Shown one piece after another: positions 23,722 to 32,000 of a stretch of DNA of 32,000 bases (its first letter is position 1; every line of letters starts with the position of its first letter). A model generated the notes under the pieces. It worked only from the letters and a program-made list of their open reading frames with translations, did no database searches and was not told the DNA's origin. Position numbers and translations under genes: made by a program. Source of the stretch: Candidatus Nitrospira inopinata. GTDB taxonomy: Bacteria > Nitrospirota > Nitrospiria > Nitrospirales > Nitrospiraceae. The stretch is taken from contig NZ_LN885086.1 of the NCBI RefSeq assembly GCF_001458695.1, positions 2,070,001 to 2,102,000 on the forward strand, read 5' to 3'.

Positions 23722-25760
23722 CCAAAGCGACCATGACCGGCGGGATCGGTTCTTTATTTGAGATAGCCAAAAGCGCGCTGGCGACGTCCCAACTAGCGTT
23801 GACGGTGACCGGACACAATGTGTCCAACGTCAATACACCGGGTTATTCGAGGCAGACGGCCGTCTTGTCCGAGCGCGATCCGGTCAACGGTCGGCCCGGC
23901 ATGGTGGGCACCGGCGTGTACGCCGCTTCCATCCGCCGTTCCGTCGATCGCTTCGTCGAGGCGCAGGTGACGCTGTCGCGCCAGACTATGGGGCGGCTGT
24001 CGATCGCCAAGGACATGTTGTCCCGCCTTGAGAACATATTCGGCGACGGCGTCAGTCACGGCGTCGCGGGAGGCTTGACGGAATTCTTTCGGGCGATTCA
24101 GGACGTGTCCACCAATCCGGGAGAACTGGCGGCGCGATCGGCCTTGCTCGCCAAAGCCGCGCAGCTCGCATCGAACCTCAATCAGGCCGCGTCGGACCTT
24201 GCCGAGGCCCGGCAGTCGATCAATTTTCAGGTCAGGCAAACCGTCGTGGAGATCAACGGACTGTCCCGCCGAATCGCCGAGTTGAACGGCAAGATCGTGA
24301 ACGCCGAGCTCATGGGGCAAAACGCCAACGATTTGCGGGATCAGCGGCAACGGGCCGTCAACGAATTGGCCGAGAAAATCGATCTCACGACATTGGAACA
24401 CGCCACGGGAGCGATATCGGTGTACGTCGCCCGCGGTCAGGTGTTGGTGGACGGCGAGGCCGTGCGGGAATTGACCGCCGTCGAAGAGCCTGGAAGCGAG
24501 GGACTCCTGTCCGTCGGCTATGCCATGGGGGGGACCAGGGCGCTGAGCATCAACGATCTGATCTCCAACGGCCGGTTGCGGGGCCTGCTGGATCTTCGCG
24601 ACGTCACGATCGTCGACTTGCAGCGGACGTTCGATCAACTCGCCGCGACGCTGGCGAACGCCGTCAACCAAATCCATCGTCGCGGGTTCGGGCTGAACGG
24701 AACCACGGGGTTGGATATGTTCAGCAATCCGACCGTTTCGACCGCGGCGGCCGTCGCCAATCAGGGAACCGCCTTGGCTCAGGCCGGGACGGTGACGGCG
24801 CACGGTCTCTTGACGTTTCATGATTACGAGATTCGGTTTTCGTCGCCCACGGCCTATTCGATCATCGATCGGACGACGGGATTGTCGGTTCGCGGAAATT
24901 ATTCGGGAACGTCCATCTCGGCTCCCTCGACGGATGAACCGCTCTCGATCGTGACGGGCGGCAACGACACCTTGACGGTGACGGTCGACGGCGTCGCATC
25001 CGGAACCATCACGCTGACCGGCGCCGCCTCGCCGGGTCGTTCCTATATGTCCGGCGCCGAGTTGGCGACGGAGATCCAAACGCAAATCAACGCCGACGCG
25101 GCGCTGCAGGCGGCGGGAAAAACCGTGGCTGTGACGTTCGACACGACCACCAATCGCCTGGTCCTGACTTCAAATTCGACCGACTCGTCTTCTTCGGTCG
25201 ACGTCACCGGCGGCACCGCCCGCTCGTCGCTCGGCCTTCTCTCCGGCCTGAGTACGGCGGCGTCGGGGACCTATACCGATCCCCAAACCCTCAATTTCGA
25301 CGGCATCAGCGTGACGGTGACGGGAACGCCGGCGGTCGGCGACACGTTGTCCGTCAATTCATACGAACACGCGGCGCGGACAATCTCGGCGGTATTGACC
25401 GATCCGGCGTCGGTGGCCGCCTCGTCGCTTCGCAACGGGGTGCCCGGCAACAACGCCAACATGCTGGCGCTGGCCGGATTGCAATATCTGCCGTTCGAGC
25501 ATCTCGGGCCAGGAACGTTGCAAGACGCCTATCGTCGGCTCGCGGCGGACTTCGGGGTCACGGTCAATTCGACCGATCGGGACCATCAGGCGCAAGAAAT
25601 CCTGCGGGATCAAATCGACGCCATGCGCGCTCAGGTGTCCGGCGTGTCGTTAGACGAAGAGCTCGTCGCGTTGATCAAGTTTCAGCGGGGGTTCGAGGCC
25701 GCGTCGCGTTTGATTCGCGTGTCCGACGAGATGTTTCAGACCATCTTGTCCCTCAAATAG
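23718..25760 (+). CDS. flgK: Hook-associated protein 1 FlgK
   Basis: N-terminus IGSLFEIAKSALATSQLALTVTGHNVSNVNTPGYSRQ and C-terminus VSGVSLDEELVALIKFQRGFEAASRLIRVSDEMFQTILSL. The start is GTG 23718 (coupled to the flgN stop) or ATG 23733. Confidence 0.93.
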   Translation: MTKATMTGGIGSLFEIAKSALATSQLALTVTGHNVSNVNTPGYSRQTAVLSERDPVNGRPGMVGTGVYAASIRRSVDRFVEAQVTLSRQTMGRLSIAKDMLSRLENIFGDGVSHGVAGGLTEFFRAIQDVSTNPGELAARSALLAKAAQLASNLNQAASDLAEARQSINFQVRQTVVEINGLSRRIAELNGKIVNAELMGQNANDLRDQRQRAVNELAEKIDLTTLEHATGAISVYVARGQVLVDGEAVRELTAVEEPGSEGLLSVGYAMGGTRALSINDLISNGRLRGLLDLRDVTIVDLQRTFDQLAATLANAVNQIHRRGFGLNGTTGLDMFSNPTVSTAAAVANQGTALAQAGTVTAHGLLTFHDYEIRFSSPTAYSIIDRTTGLSVRGNYSGTSISAPSTDEPLSIVTGGNDTLTVTVDGVASGTITLTGAASPGRSYMSGAELATEIQTQINADAALQAAGKTVAVTFDTTTNRLVLTSNSTDSSSSVDVTGGTARSSLGLLSGLSTAASGTYTDPQTLNFDGISVTVTGTPAVGDTLSVNSYEHAARTISAVLTDPASVAASSLRNGVPGNNANMLALAGLQYLPFEHLGPGTLQDAYRRLAADFGVTVNSTDRDHQAQEILRDQIDAMRAQVSGVSLDEELVALIKFQRGFEAASRLIRVSDEMFQTILSLK

Positions 25761-25774
25761 CCAAGAGATCACGT

Positions 25775-27541
25775 ATGCGCGTCACGGAATCCCACGTCTT
25801 CGGCGTGCTCGCCAACAATCTGCAACGGTCGCGCGCCCGGTTGCTCGATCTGCAACAGCAGGTTTCCACCGGAAAAGCGGTGCGCCGGCCCTCCGATGAT
25901 CCGAGCGCCTTTCACCAGGTGTTACATCATAGGGTGTCCCTTGTCGGTCTTGATCAACATTTACGGAATATCAGCTTCGGGAAAACGCGGCTGGATCTTT
26001 CCGATCAGGTCTTACAGGGGGTGTCGGGGACGCTGCCGCGTCTTCAGCAACTCGCCGTGCAGTTTCGCAGCGACACGAACGGGCCGGCCGAACGGGTCAT
26101 CGGAGCTTCCGAAGTCCGCCAACTGTTCGCGCAATTGCAGCAGTTGGCCAATACCGATCTGAACGGCCATCCCATTTTCACCGGTACCAGCACGCATGGA
26201 CGGGCGACCGGTTTGCCCATTGCCGAGCCGGTTTCTCTGGTCAACGGGAGTAACGACACGTTGCTTGTGGAGGTCGATGGGGTCCTATCCGGAACCATCG
26301 ATCTGACGTCGGGAACCGAGTCGTTGACGGGCGGCGAACTGGCGAGCCGGTTGCAAAATCGAATCAACGCCGATGCCACGTTGGCCGGCGCAGGCAAGCG
26401 CGTGACGGTCACGTTCGAGGGGGGGCGATTGATGATCGCGTCTGATTCCCACGGCCTTGCTTCGCGCGTCTCGGTCGTGGGAGGTTCGAGCCGGACCGGT
26501 CTCGGCTTCAACGGAGGAAGCACGACGACGGGAGAAGTTCCCTTCGCGTTGACCGCGACCGTCAGCCCGGGATCGGGCAACACGGGCGGGGCGATGGCGA
26601 GCCAAGGCCATGTGGCGGATCCCAACGCCGTGACGATGGATGATTATGTTATTCGCTTCACCTCGACGTCGACCTATGACGTCTTGAACGTCACCGTGCC
26701 CGTTGGTACAGCCGCAAGTTCGGCCAACACGGGGCACGCGAGGGTTCTCGACGCCGGCATCATTGATCCGCAATCGCTGACGTTGCACGAGTATCGCATT
26801 CAATTCACGTCGTCCACGCAATATTCCATCATCGATGTGACGGCGGGAACGACGGTCTCGTCCGGCAACGTCTTTGTCTCCGGCGCGCCGATCGAGTTCG
26901 ACGGCCTGCGGGTGATCATGGCGACCGGAGAGCTGGGCGGACCGCAGGCCGGAGACTCGTTTTCCGTCAACGTGACGCCGCGAACGGTGGCGGCCAATCA
27001 AACGTATCTCTCGGGACAACCCATTACCGTGAACGGAATCAGCCTGCGGTTGGCTGACGAGTCGGGAGCGCCCGCAGTCGGCGATCTGTTCGCGATCGTG
27101 ACCGGCATGCAATACCAGGGAGACGACGGCCTCCAGTCAATCGAAGTGGGCCCCGGTCAAACGCTCCCGACTAATGTGCCCGGGCATCGAATTTTCTCAT
27201 CGGACACGGTCGATCTCTTTGCGTCCGTCAAGCGGTTGGTGAGCGCGTTGCGAGGCAATGACCGCGCCGGCATCGCCGAGGCGCTGGGGGGATTGAACCA
27301 AAGCATTTCCCACGTGGGGAGCATGCTGGGTGAGATCGGCGCCCTGTCGAACCGCATGGCGGTCGGCGCGGATCAGTTGGACGAGGCCAAGTCCTTCTAC
27401 AGCGAGCTTCTTTCTCGGACCGAAGACGTCGATTTGGCGAAGGCCATATCGGATTTGATGTTGCAACAGTACGCCATCGAAGCTGCCAGTCGAACATTGA
27501 CCCAAGTGTTCGACAGTTCATTGCTCCGATACTTGAGATAA
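25775..27541 (+). CDS. flgL: Hook-associated protein 3 FlgL (unusually long, 588 aa)
   Basis: Flagellin-like N-terminus LQRSRARLLDLQQQVSTGKAVRRPSDDPSAF and C-terminus DVDLAKAISDLMLQQYAIEAASRTLTQVFDSSLLRYL. It lies directly after flgK. The large central insert shares motifs with FlgK. Confidence 0.88.
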   Translation: MRVTESHVFGVLANNLQRSRARLLDLQQQVSTGKAVRRPSDDPSAFHQVLHHRVSLVGLDQHLRNISFGKTRLDLSDQVLQGVSGTLPRLQQLAVQFRSDTNGPAERVIGASEVRQLFAQLQQLANTDLNGHPIFTGTSTHGRATGLPIAEPVSLVNGSNDTLLVEVDGVLSGTIDLTSGTESLTGGELASRLQNRINADATLAGAGKRVTVTFEGGRLMIASDSHGLASRVSVVGGSSRTGLGFNGGSTTTGEVPFALTATVSPGSGNTGGAMASQGHVADPNAVTMDDYVIRFTSTSTYDVLNVTVPVGTAASSANTGHARVLDAGIIDPQSLTLHEYRIQFTSSTQYSIIDVTAGTTVSSGNVFVSGAPIEFDGLRVIMATGELGGPQAGDSFSVNVTPRTVAANQTYLSGQPITVNGISLRLADESGAPAVGDLFAIVTGMQYQGDDGLQSIEVGPGQTLPTNVPGHRIFSSDTVDLFASVKRLVSALRGNDRAGIAEALGGLNQSISHVGSMLGEIGALSNRMAVGADQLDEAKSFYSELLSRTEDVDLAKAISDLMLQQYAIEAASRTLTQVFDSSLLRYLR

Positions 27542-27612
27542 ACGGGTTCGAGCTCCTCGCGGCAAGCGGCCGATCATGTCGCGCGTCAGGCGGTTGTTCC
27601 GGAGCGAACGTC

Positions 27613-27876
27613 ATGCTGGTTCTGAGTCGTCGGCGCGGAGAGGGCGTGACCATCGGGCCCGACATCAAGGTGATCGTGCTGGGCATCAAGGACGGGCAGG
27701 TTCGGTTGGGCATCGAGGCGCCACACCATATCGAGGTGCACCGTGACGAAGTCTATGCCAGAATTCTTCGGGAGAATCGGTCGGCGGCGCAAACCGGTGT
27801 GATTCCGATCGATGCCTTTCGGCGCCTATGTGAGAGGGAGCCGGGTTCACGGGGAGACGGGACGAGCAGGCCATGA
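27613..27876 (+). CDS. csrA: Carbon storage/translational regulator CsrA (FliW-partner type with C-terminal extension)
   Basis: MLVLSRRRGEGVTIGPDIKVIVLGIKDGQVRLGIEAPHHIEVHRDEVY. 87 aa. GGAG lies 8 nt before the ATG. The stop overlaps the fliW start (ATGA). Confidence 0.95.
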   Translation: MLVLSRRRGEGVTIGPDIKVIVLGIKDGQVRLGIEAPHHIEVHRDEVYARILRENRSAAQTGVIPIDAFRRLCEREPGSRGDGTSRP

Positions 27877-28355
27877 AGTATTCTTCCAGCCGTTTCGGGG
27901 TGCTTGAGATCGATGAACAGCGCGTGCTGACGTTCCCGTCCGGCGTGCTTGGATTTCCGGAAAGCAGGCGATACGTCATGCTCGATCACGACACGGAAGC
28001 TCCGTTCAAATGGCTTCAGTCTCTCGATGAGCCGGCGCTGGCTTTTGTCATCATGGACCCCGATCTGTTTCTGGGAGAAGACTACCGAGTGGATGTCACT
28101 GAGGACGCGTTGGCGGAGATCCAAGGAAAGAGCGGAGAGGCGTTGTCCATCGCGGTCATTTTGACGATCCCGTCGGACGATCCGGGACGCGTGACGGCCA
28201 ATTTGAGAGGCCCGTTGCTGATGAATCCCCGCACGAAGCTCTGTAAGCAACTGGTTTTGCCCGATGACTATCCCACGCGCCATCCGCTTTTCCCTCCGTC
28301 GGCATCGGGCGTCGCCGAGACGGTCAAGCCGGCCGCCTGCCAATCCTGCCCCTGA
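27873..28355 (+). CDS. fliW: Flagellar assembly factor FliW (CsrA antagonist)
   Basis: FGVLEIDEQRVLTFPSGVLGFPESRRYVMLDHDTEAPFKWLQSLDEPALAFVIMDP and ANLRGPLLMNPRTKLCKQLVL are typical FliW sequence. The gene is translationally coupled to csrA. Confidence 0.93.
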   Translation: MKYSSSRFGVLEIDEQRVLTFPSGVLGFPESRRYVMLDHDTEAPFKWLQSLDEPALAFVIMDPDLFLGEDYRVDVTEDALAEIQGKSGEALSIAVILTIPSDDPGRVTANLRGPLLMNPRTKLCKQLVLPDDYPTRHPLFPPSASGVAETVKPAACQSCP

Positions 28356-28474
28356 TCCAACGGATCTCTGGCTGAAGCCATTGATAAACTAGGGTTTCTG
28401 GATTTATCCCCGCTCTTTCTGTAAGATGCCGTTGGAGTGATCCCATCGGATACGGACAAGAAAATGGGGGAGGT

Positions 28475-31400
28475 GTGTTCTCTCTGCGCGTTGCGGTGCT
28501 GATCGTTCTTGTCCTGTGCGTTTCAATCCTCGCTTTTCTGACGTTTTCCAAACATCTGACAGGCGAAGATTATCTCAAGGGATTCGTTCTGGAACAGATC
28601 GAGGCGAATCTTGGGAGAAAAATCCACGTCGAAGACGTGACGTTCGCGCTCTTTCCCCGCGCGCGAGTCGAATTGGCCGGGGTCACCGTTCACGATCCCG
28701 GCTCGGATCAGGTTCTGTTGACGGCGAAACGGGTCGATCTCGTCGTGCGGATGTTCCCTCTTCTCCGCAAGCAAATCGTCGGGAAGCGGCTGTTGATCGA
28801 GGAGCCCGTGCTCACACTCAGGCGGGATGAAGCGGGCCGTTGGAACGTCGCCGACGGCTTCACCGAGCAGGCGGAAGTCGATCGGAGGACAATGGAAGCC
28901 ATGCTTCGGATGTTCAGCGTTCAAGAGGCGTCGCTGGCCAATGGAACCGTCACGGTCATCGACGCGGCCAGGAGCGACGGCGTTCGTTCCATCAAGGTGG
29001 AACGTGTGGGGGCGACGCTTCTCGTGCATCCGGAGCAAAGAGCGGCGGAGGTGCGGCTCTCCATTGCTCAGTCCGAAGAGCGGGGGGGAGCGGCCGTATC
29101 GCTCAACGGATCGATACGGCTGTCGGAAACGCGCGTCCCGCTCGCAGATGCGGGCGAGACGACGCCAATCGCGCCGTTTCAATTCGACGGCCGCTTGGAT
29201 GCCGCCGCCATCGGGATTCGGGACATCGCCGATTTTCTGGGGCCCCGGCCCGTCCCGGAGCAATTGCAGGGAACGGTGGCGTTGCGCGGCGCCGTCCAAG
29301 TGATGCCGGGCGTCGTCGGGTACGACGTCTTGTTGTCCGAGATGTCGGTTCTGCTGAACGATACGACGCTGACCGGCAAAGCGAACGTGTCGGGTCTCAT
29401 GACGGCGCAGCCGGCGTTCTCGGTGACGTTCAGCAGCTCGCCGGTTTCATTGTCCCAGTTGATGCAGACCGTTCCATCCGCGTGGATCGATCCGCGTCTT
29501 CCCGCCGTGTTGCAGGAACGGCGCGTCGACGGCAGGGTGCAAGTGATGAACGCCACGTTGACCGGGACGGCCACGGAGGGCATGCGTCCGTCGATCGCCG
29601 GGGAGTTTCATGTGCAGGACGCGCAGGGAATGATTGGCCAAGACCGAGTGTTGGCGAAAAACGTCGTCTGCCGCGTGTTTGTGGAACCCGGGCGAGTCCG
29701 GGCATCCGACATCACCGGCCTGTATGGGGCGATGGAACTGGCGGATGGAAAGGCGATGCTCTCGTTTCTGGAAGCCGGGCCGTGGCTTGAGCTGGAGGTT
29801 GTAGGAAGGACGAGCGCGTCTCATTTGCTGGACGTTCTCGAGACAACGGTGAAAGCCGAGTCATTGACGCGCGTTCTGGCCGACGTTCGGGACGCGGAAG
29901 GCGTGGTGGAGCCCACGTTTCGCCTGGCCGGCTCGCCGGTTCAGCCGGACGGCGTCAGGCTCACCGGCGGGGAGATCCTTGTCCGAGCCGTCAGCTTCGC
30001 TCATCCGGCGTTGCCGGAACGGCTGACGGGTGTGCAAGGCCGGTTCGCGTTGGCTGGCGGAGCCGTGCGGTTGGAGCAGATCAGCGGGCATCTCGGCGAG
30101 ACGCTCATCGAGGTTCAGGGGACGGTGACGGGCGGAGAATCGAGTCTGCTACAGGATTTTTCGATCCGGGCCAGCGGACCCGCCGCGGACATGCCCCGCG
30201 CGGTGGGGTGGAGGGCTTCCCCCGGCTCGATGGAAGGGCGTCTGGTTGCGACGGCGACGCTCACGGGAGCCGCTTCGGCGCCGCATCTTCGCGGCGTCGT
30301 GGTGTTTGACCAATCGAAGGTCGCCGTTCCGGGTTTGGGAGAAAAACCGATCGGCGCGCCGGCGACCATCGAATTCGAAGGCGACGTGACGAAATCCGGC
30401 GATCTTTCCGTAAGCCGCTTGGAATTGATCGTGCCGCCCGTTCAGGTGCCGGCCAAGGGGCGCATGGTGTTCGGAGATCCCTTCAGCGTAGATATGTCGC
30501 TCACGACCGGAACGGTGTCGTTGTCCCGCTTGCCCGAGTGGATCTCAAAAGGAGGGCTGGAGGCCGGCAGCGCGGAGATTGCGCTCGACGTCAAAGGCAA
30601 GGGAACGGACTGGAGCGCATGGCGGGTGACCGGATGGGTCGCGCTGACCAACGGCCTGGCGACGGTGGGGGGCGTCGGAGGAGACGGTCGGCTTCAGGAT
30701 CTCTACGCGCGGGTCAAGTTGGTGCGCAACGGGGCCGAGATCAAACGGTTGTCGTTCACCCTCCTTGACAGCGACGTCGCCATTGAGGCAGCCGTCAAGA
30801 ACTGGGCTTCAAAACCCGTGATCGTCGGGAAAATCGAATCGAACCGGATGGATCTCGGCCTGTTGGTCCCCAAAGGGGATCGATCGGTCGTCCGGGAATT
30901 TTTGGAAAATTTGGCTGCGACCTCGCAGGTGACGATGTCCGCGTCGATCGCTCGGGGCCATTATGAGCGGGTACGGGTCACCGCGCTTTCCGCGCGCGTG
31001 AACATTCAGGACGGCGTCGTCGATGTGGACCGGATTTCCGGCGCGTCGAACGCCGGTCAAATCGCCGGCCGTCTTGTGGCGCAGCTTCCTCGCGGGGCTC
31101 CGGCCGAAGTGGAGGCGTCGTTTCGCGCCATGGGTCTGCCGGTTGATGACGTTTTGAGTTTGACCGACGCCAAGGATACTCACGGTATGACCGGCGACAT
31201 GCGCGTGAGCGGCTCGCTCAGGGGGCATGGGCGCAATCCGCACGGCGTGTATCCGTCGCTCGATGGAAAAGTCGAGGTGCTGCTTCAAAACGGGCGTATT
31301 TTTAAATCGAACGAACGGGTGATCTGGAAGATCATCAGCCTCTTGAATCTTCCGGCGGTGCTCCAAGGCAAGGTCGATCTGGAGAAGGAGGGATTGCCCT

Positions 31401-31846
31401 ACAACACGATTACCGGGAGCGTGACCGTCAAGAACGGCGTCTTCGAGACGGGCGATCTGATCATCGACAGCCCGATCCTGAAGATTACGGCTGCGGGGCA
31501 ATATGATTTGCCGACCGATCGCCTGGATCTGGCGACCGCCGTGAGTCCGTTCGGCTCGTATTCGCAGTTCTTGAAGGCGATTCCCCTGTTCGGACGGATC
31601 TTCGCCGGAGAGCGAAAGGGGTTGGCCACCGCGATCTTTGCCGTCAAGGGATCCATCCACAGTCCGGAGGTGACCTATCTTCCGGTCAAATCCTTCGCAT
31701 CGGGTCTGTCGGGCTTGGCCCAACTCGCGGTCGACGTCCTTGTCAATTCCCTGACCGTTCCGCTCGACCTCATCGCGCCGGATCAACCGAATCAAGAGGA
31801 GCCGCAACCGAACCTTGAACGTGAGTCCGCTCCGGCGCGTTCCTGA
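28475..31846 (+). CDS. AsmA/YhdP-family large envelope protein
   Basis: 1123 aa. N-terminal TM anchor VAVLIVLVLCVSILAFLTF. AsmA-like N-region (VDLVVRMFPLLRKQIVGKRLLIEEPVLTLRRDEAGRWNV). AsmA-like C-terminal region (ITAAGQYDLPTDRLDLATAVSPFGSYSQFLKAIPLFGRIF...AVKGSIHSPEVTYLP). GTG start; the exact start is uncertain. Confidence 0.8.
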   Translation: MFSLRVAVLIVLVLCVSILAFLTFSKHLTGEDYLKGFVLEQIEANLGRKIHVEDVTFALFPRARVELAGVTVHDPGSDQVLLTAKRVDLVVRMFPLLRKQIVGKRLLIEEPVLTLRRDEAGRWNVADGFTEQAEVDRRTMEAMLRMFSVQEASLANGTVTVIDAARSDGVRSIKVERVGATLLVHPEQRAAEVRLSIAQSEERGGAAVSLNGSIRLSETRVPLADAGETTPIAPFQFDGRLDAAAIGIRDIADFLGPRPVPEQLQGTVALRGAVQVMPGVVGYDVLLSEMSVLLNDTTLTGKANVSGLMTAQPAFSVTFSSSPVSLSQLMQTVPSAWIDPRLPAVLQERRVDGRVQVMNATLTGTATEGMRPSIAGEFHVQDAQGMIGQDRVLAKNVVCRVFVEPGRVRASDITGLYGAMELADGKAMLSFLEAGPWLELEVVGRTSASHLLDVLETTVKAESLTRVLADVRDAEGVVEPTFRLAGSPVQPDGVRLTGGEILVRAVSFAHPALPERLTGVQGRFALAGGAVRLEQISGHLGETLIEVQGTVTGGESSLLQDFSIRASGPAADMPRAVGWRASPGSMEGRLVATATLTGAASAPHLRGVVVFDQSKVAVPGLGEKPIGAPATIEFEGDVTKSGDLSVSRLELIVPPVQVPAKGRMVFGDPFSVDMSLTTGTVSLSRLPEWISKGGLEAGSAEIALDVKGKGTDWSAWRVTGWVALTNGLATVGGVGGDGRLQDLYARVKLVRNGAEIKRLSFTLLDSDVAIEAAVKNWASKPVIVGKIESNRMDLGLLVPKGDRSVVREFLENLAATSQVTMSASIARGHYERVRVTALSARVNIQDGVVDVDRISGASNAGQIAGRLVAQLPRGAPAEVEASFRAMGLPVDDVLSLTDAKDTHGMTGDMRVSGSLRGHGRNPHGVYPSLDGKVEVLLQNGRIFKSNERVIWKIISLLNLPAVLQGKVDLEKEGLPYNTITGSVTVKNGVFETGDLIIDSPILKITAAGQYDLPTDRLDLATAVSPFGSYSQFLKAIPLFGRIFAGERKGLATAIFAVKGSIHSPEVTYLPVKSFASGLSGLAQLAVDVLVNSLTVPLDLIAPDQPNQEEPQPNLERESAPARS

Positions 31847-31860
31847 GCGCCTCGCCTTTC

Positions 31861-31889
31861 TTGACCGGTGAGGTTCCTCGTGCTAGCAT
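31861..31889 (+). promoter_or_regulatory. sigma70-like promoter candidate downstream of the AsmA-like gene
   Basis: TTGACC-N17-TAGCAT lies 15 nt after the stop at 31846. It is followed by a short open frame (ATG 31946) that runs off the window. Confidence 0.35.
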
Positions 31890-32000
31890 CCCCTTGAAGT
31901 CCGATCCCGACCATGATGCATCATCTTCTCTCCTCTTCTTAGTTCATGAAGCCCCTCGCAGAGTCGCACACGGACAGTGCCGTCCTCTTCATCGCCGCCA

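Noticed and set aside
27569-27576. GCCGATCA upstream of csrA, which resembles a sigma28 -10 box.
   Set aside because: The only TAAA upstream (27539-27542, overlapping the flgL stop) is 26 nt away instead of about 15, so there is no properly spaced -35 element.
28391-28438. Possible sigma70 elements (TTGATA, TAAGAT), plus sigma28-like and sigma54-like fragments, in the fliW to AsmA-like gene gap.
   Set aside because: None of the hexamer pairs has acceptable spacing (13 nt, or a poor -10). The TAAA-N15 and TGG-N-TTGC tests fail.
31946-32000. An open frame starting at ATG 31946 (MKPLAESHTDSAVLFIAA...) that runs off the 3' edge. A 9-codon ORF also starts at 31913.
   Set aside because: Only 18 codons are visible, with no SD and no recognisable motif. 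This is too little sequence to call a gene or product.
1-32000. A scan for tRNA/rRNA genes, CRISPR repeats, IS or transposase/integrase genes, toxin-antitoxin or defence-type genes, and long direct or inverted repeats.
   Set aside because: Nothing of this kind was seen by eye. Coding density by flagellar genes is very high, and the non-coding gaps are short and accounted for by promoters or hairpins. A computational repeat or ncRNA scan (tRNAscan, Infernal, self dot-plot) would be needed to exclude small elements formally.

Overview
High-GC window almost entirely filled by one co-directional (+ strand) flagellar gene cluster of about 28 kb. The gene order is fliI (5'-truncated by the window edge), fliJ, a MotE/YlxF-like gene, fliK, flgD, flgE | fliL, fliM, fliN, fliO, fliP, fliQ, fliR, flhB, flhA, flhF, flhG, fliA | flgF, flgG, flgA, flgH, flgI, flgJ | flgM, flgN, flgK, flgL, csrA, fliW. 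A 1123-aa AsmA/YhdP-like envelope protein follows. Product calls rest on family signature motifs read from the translations plus conserved synteny. Several ORF-track starts were moved to downstream starts that have Shine-Dalgarno sequences and canonical N-termini (flgE, fliL, fliQ, flhF, flhG, fliA, flgF, flgH). Each long intergenic gap inside the cluster carries a recognisable alternative-sigma promoter. There are sigma54 -24/-12 elements before fliL and flgF (both perfect) and before fliK (one mismatch), and a near-consensus sigma28 promoter before flgM. This suggests a sigma54-then-sigma28 cascade with fliA as the last gene of a sigma54 operon. Together with FlhF/FlhG, that wiring is typical of polar-flagellate systems. 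I see no tRNA/rRNA genes, CRISPR arrays, IS elements or defence-type genes, and no convincing undescribed gene system. The points most worth a second look are the promoter architecture and a palindrome upstream of the fliL promoter. Others are a roughly 330-nt region between flgH and the recognisable start of flgI, and IN-motif-like modules shared by FlgE, FlgK and a double-length FlgL. Also of note are a rod-binding-only FlgJ and a csrA-fliW pair with no adjacent flagellin gene. The many long minus-strand ORFs in the track are high-GC antisense artefacts.
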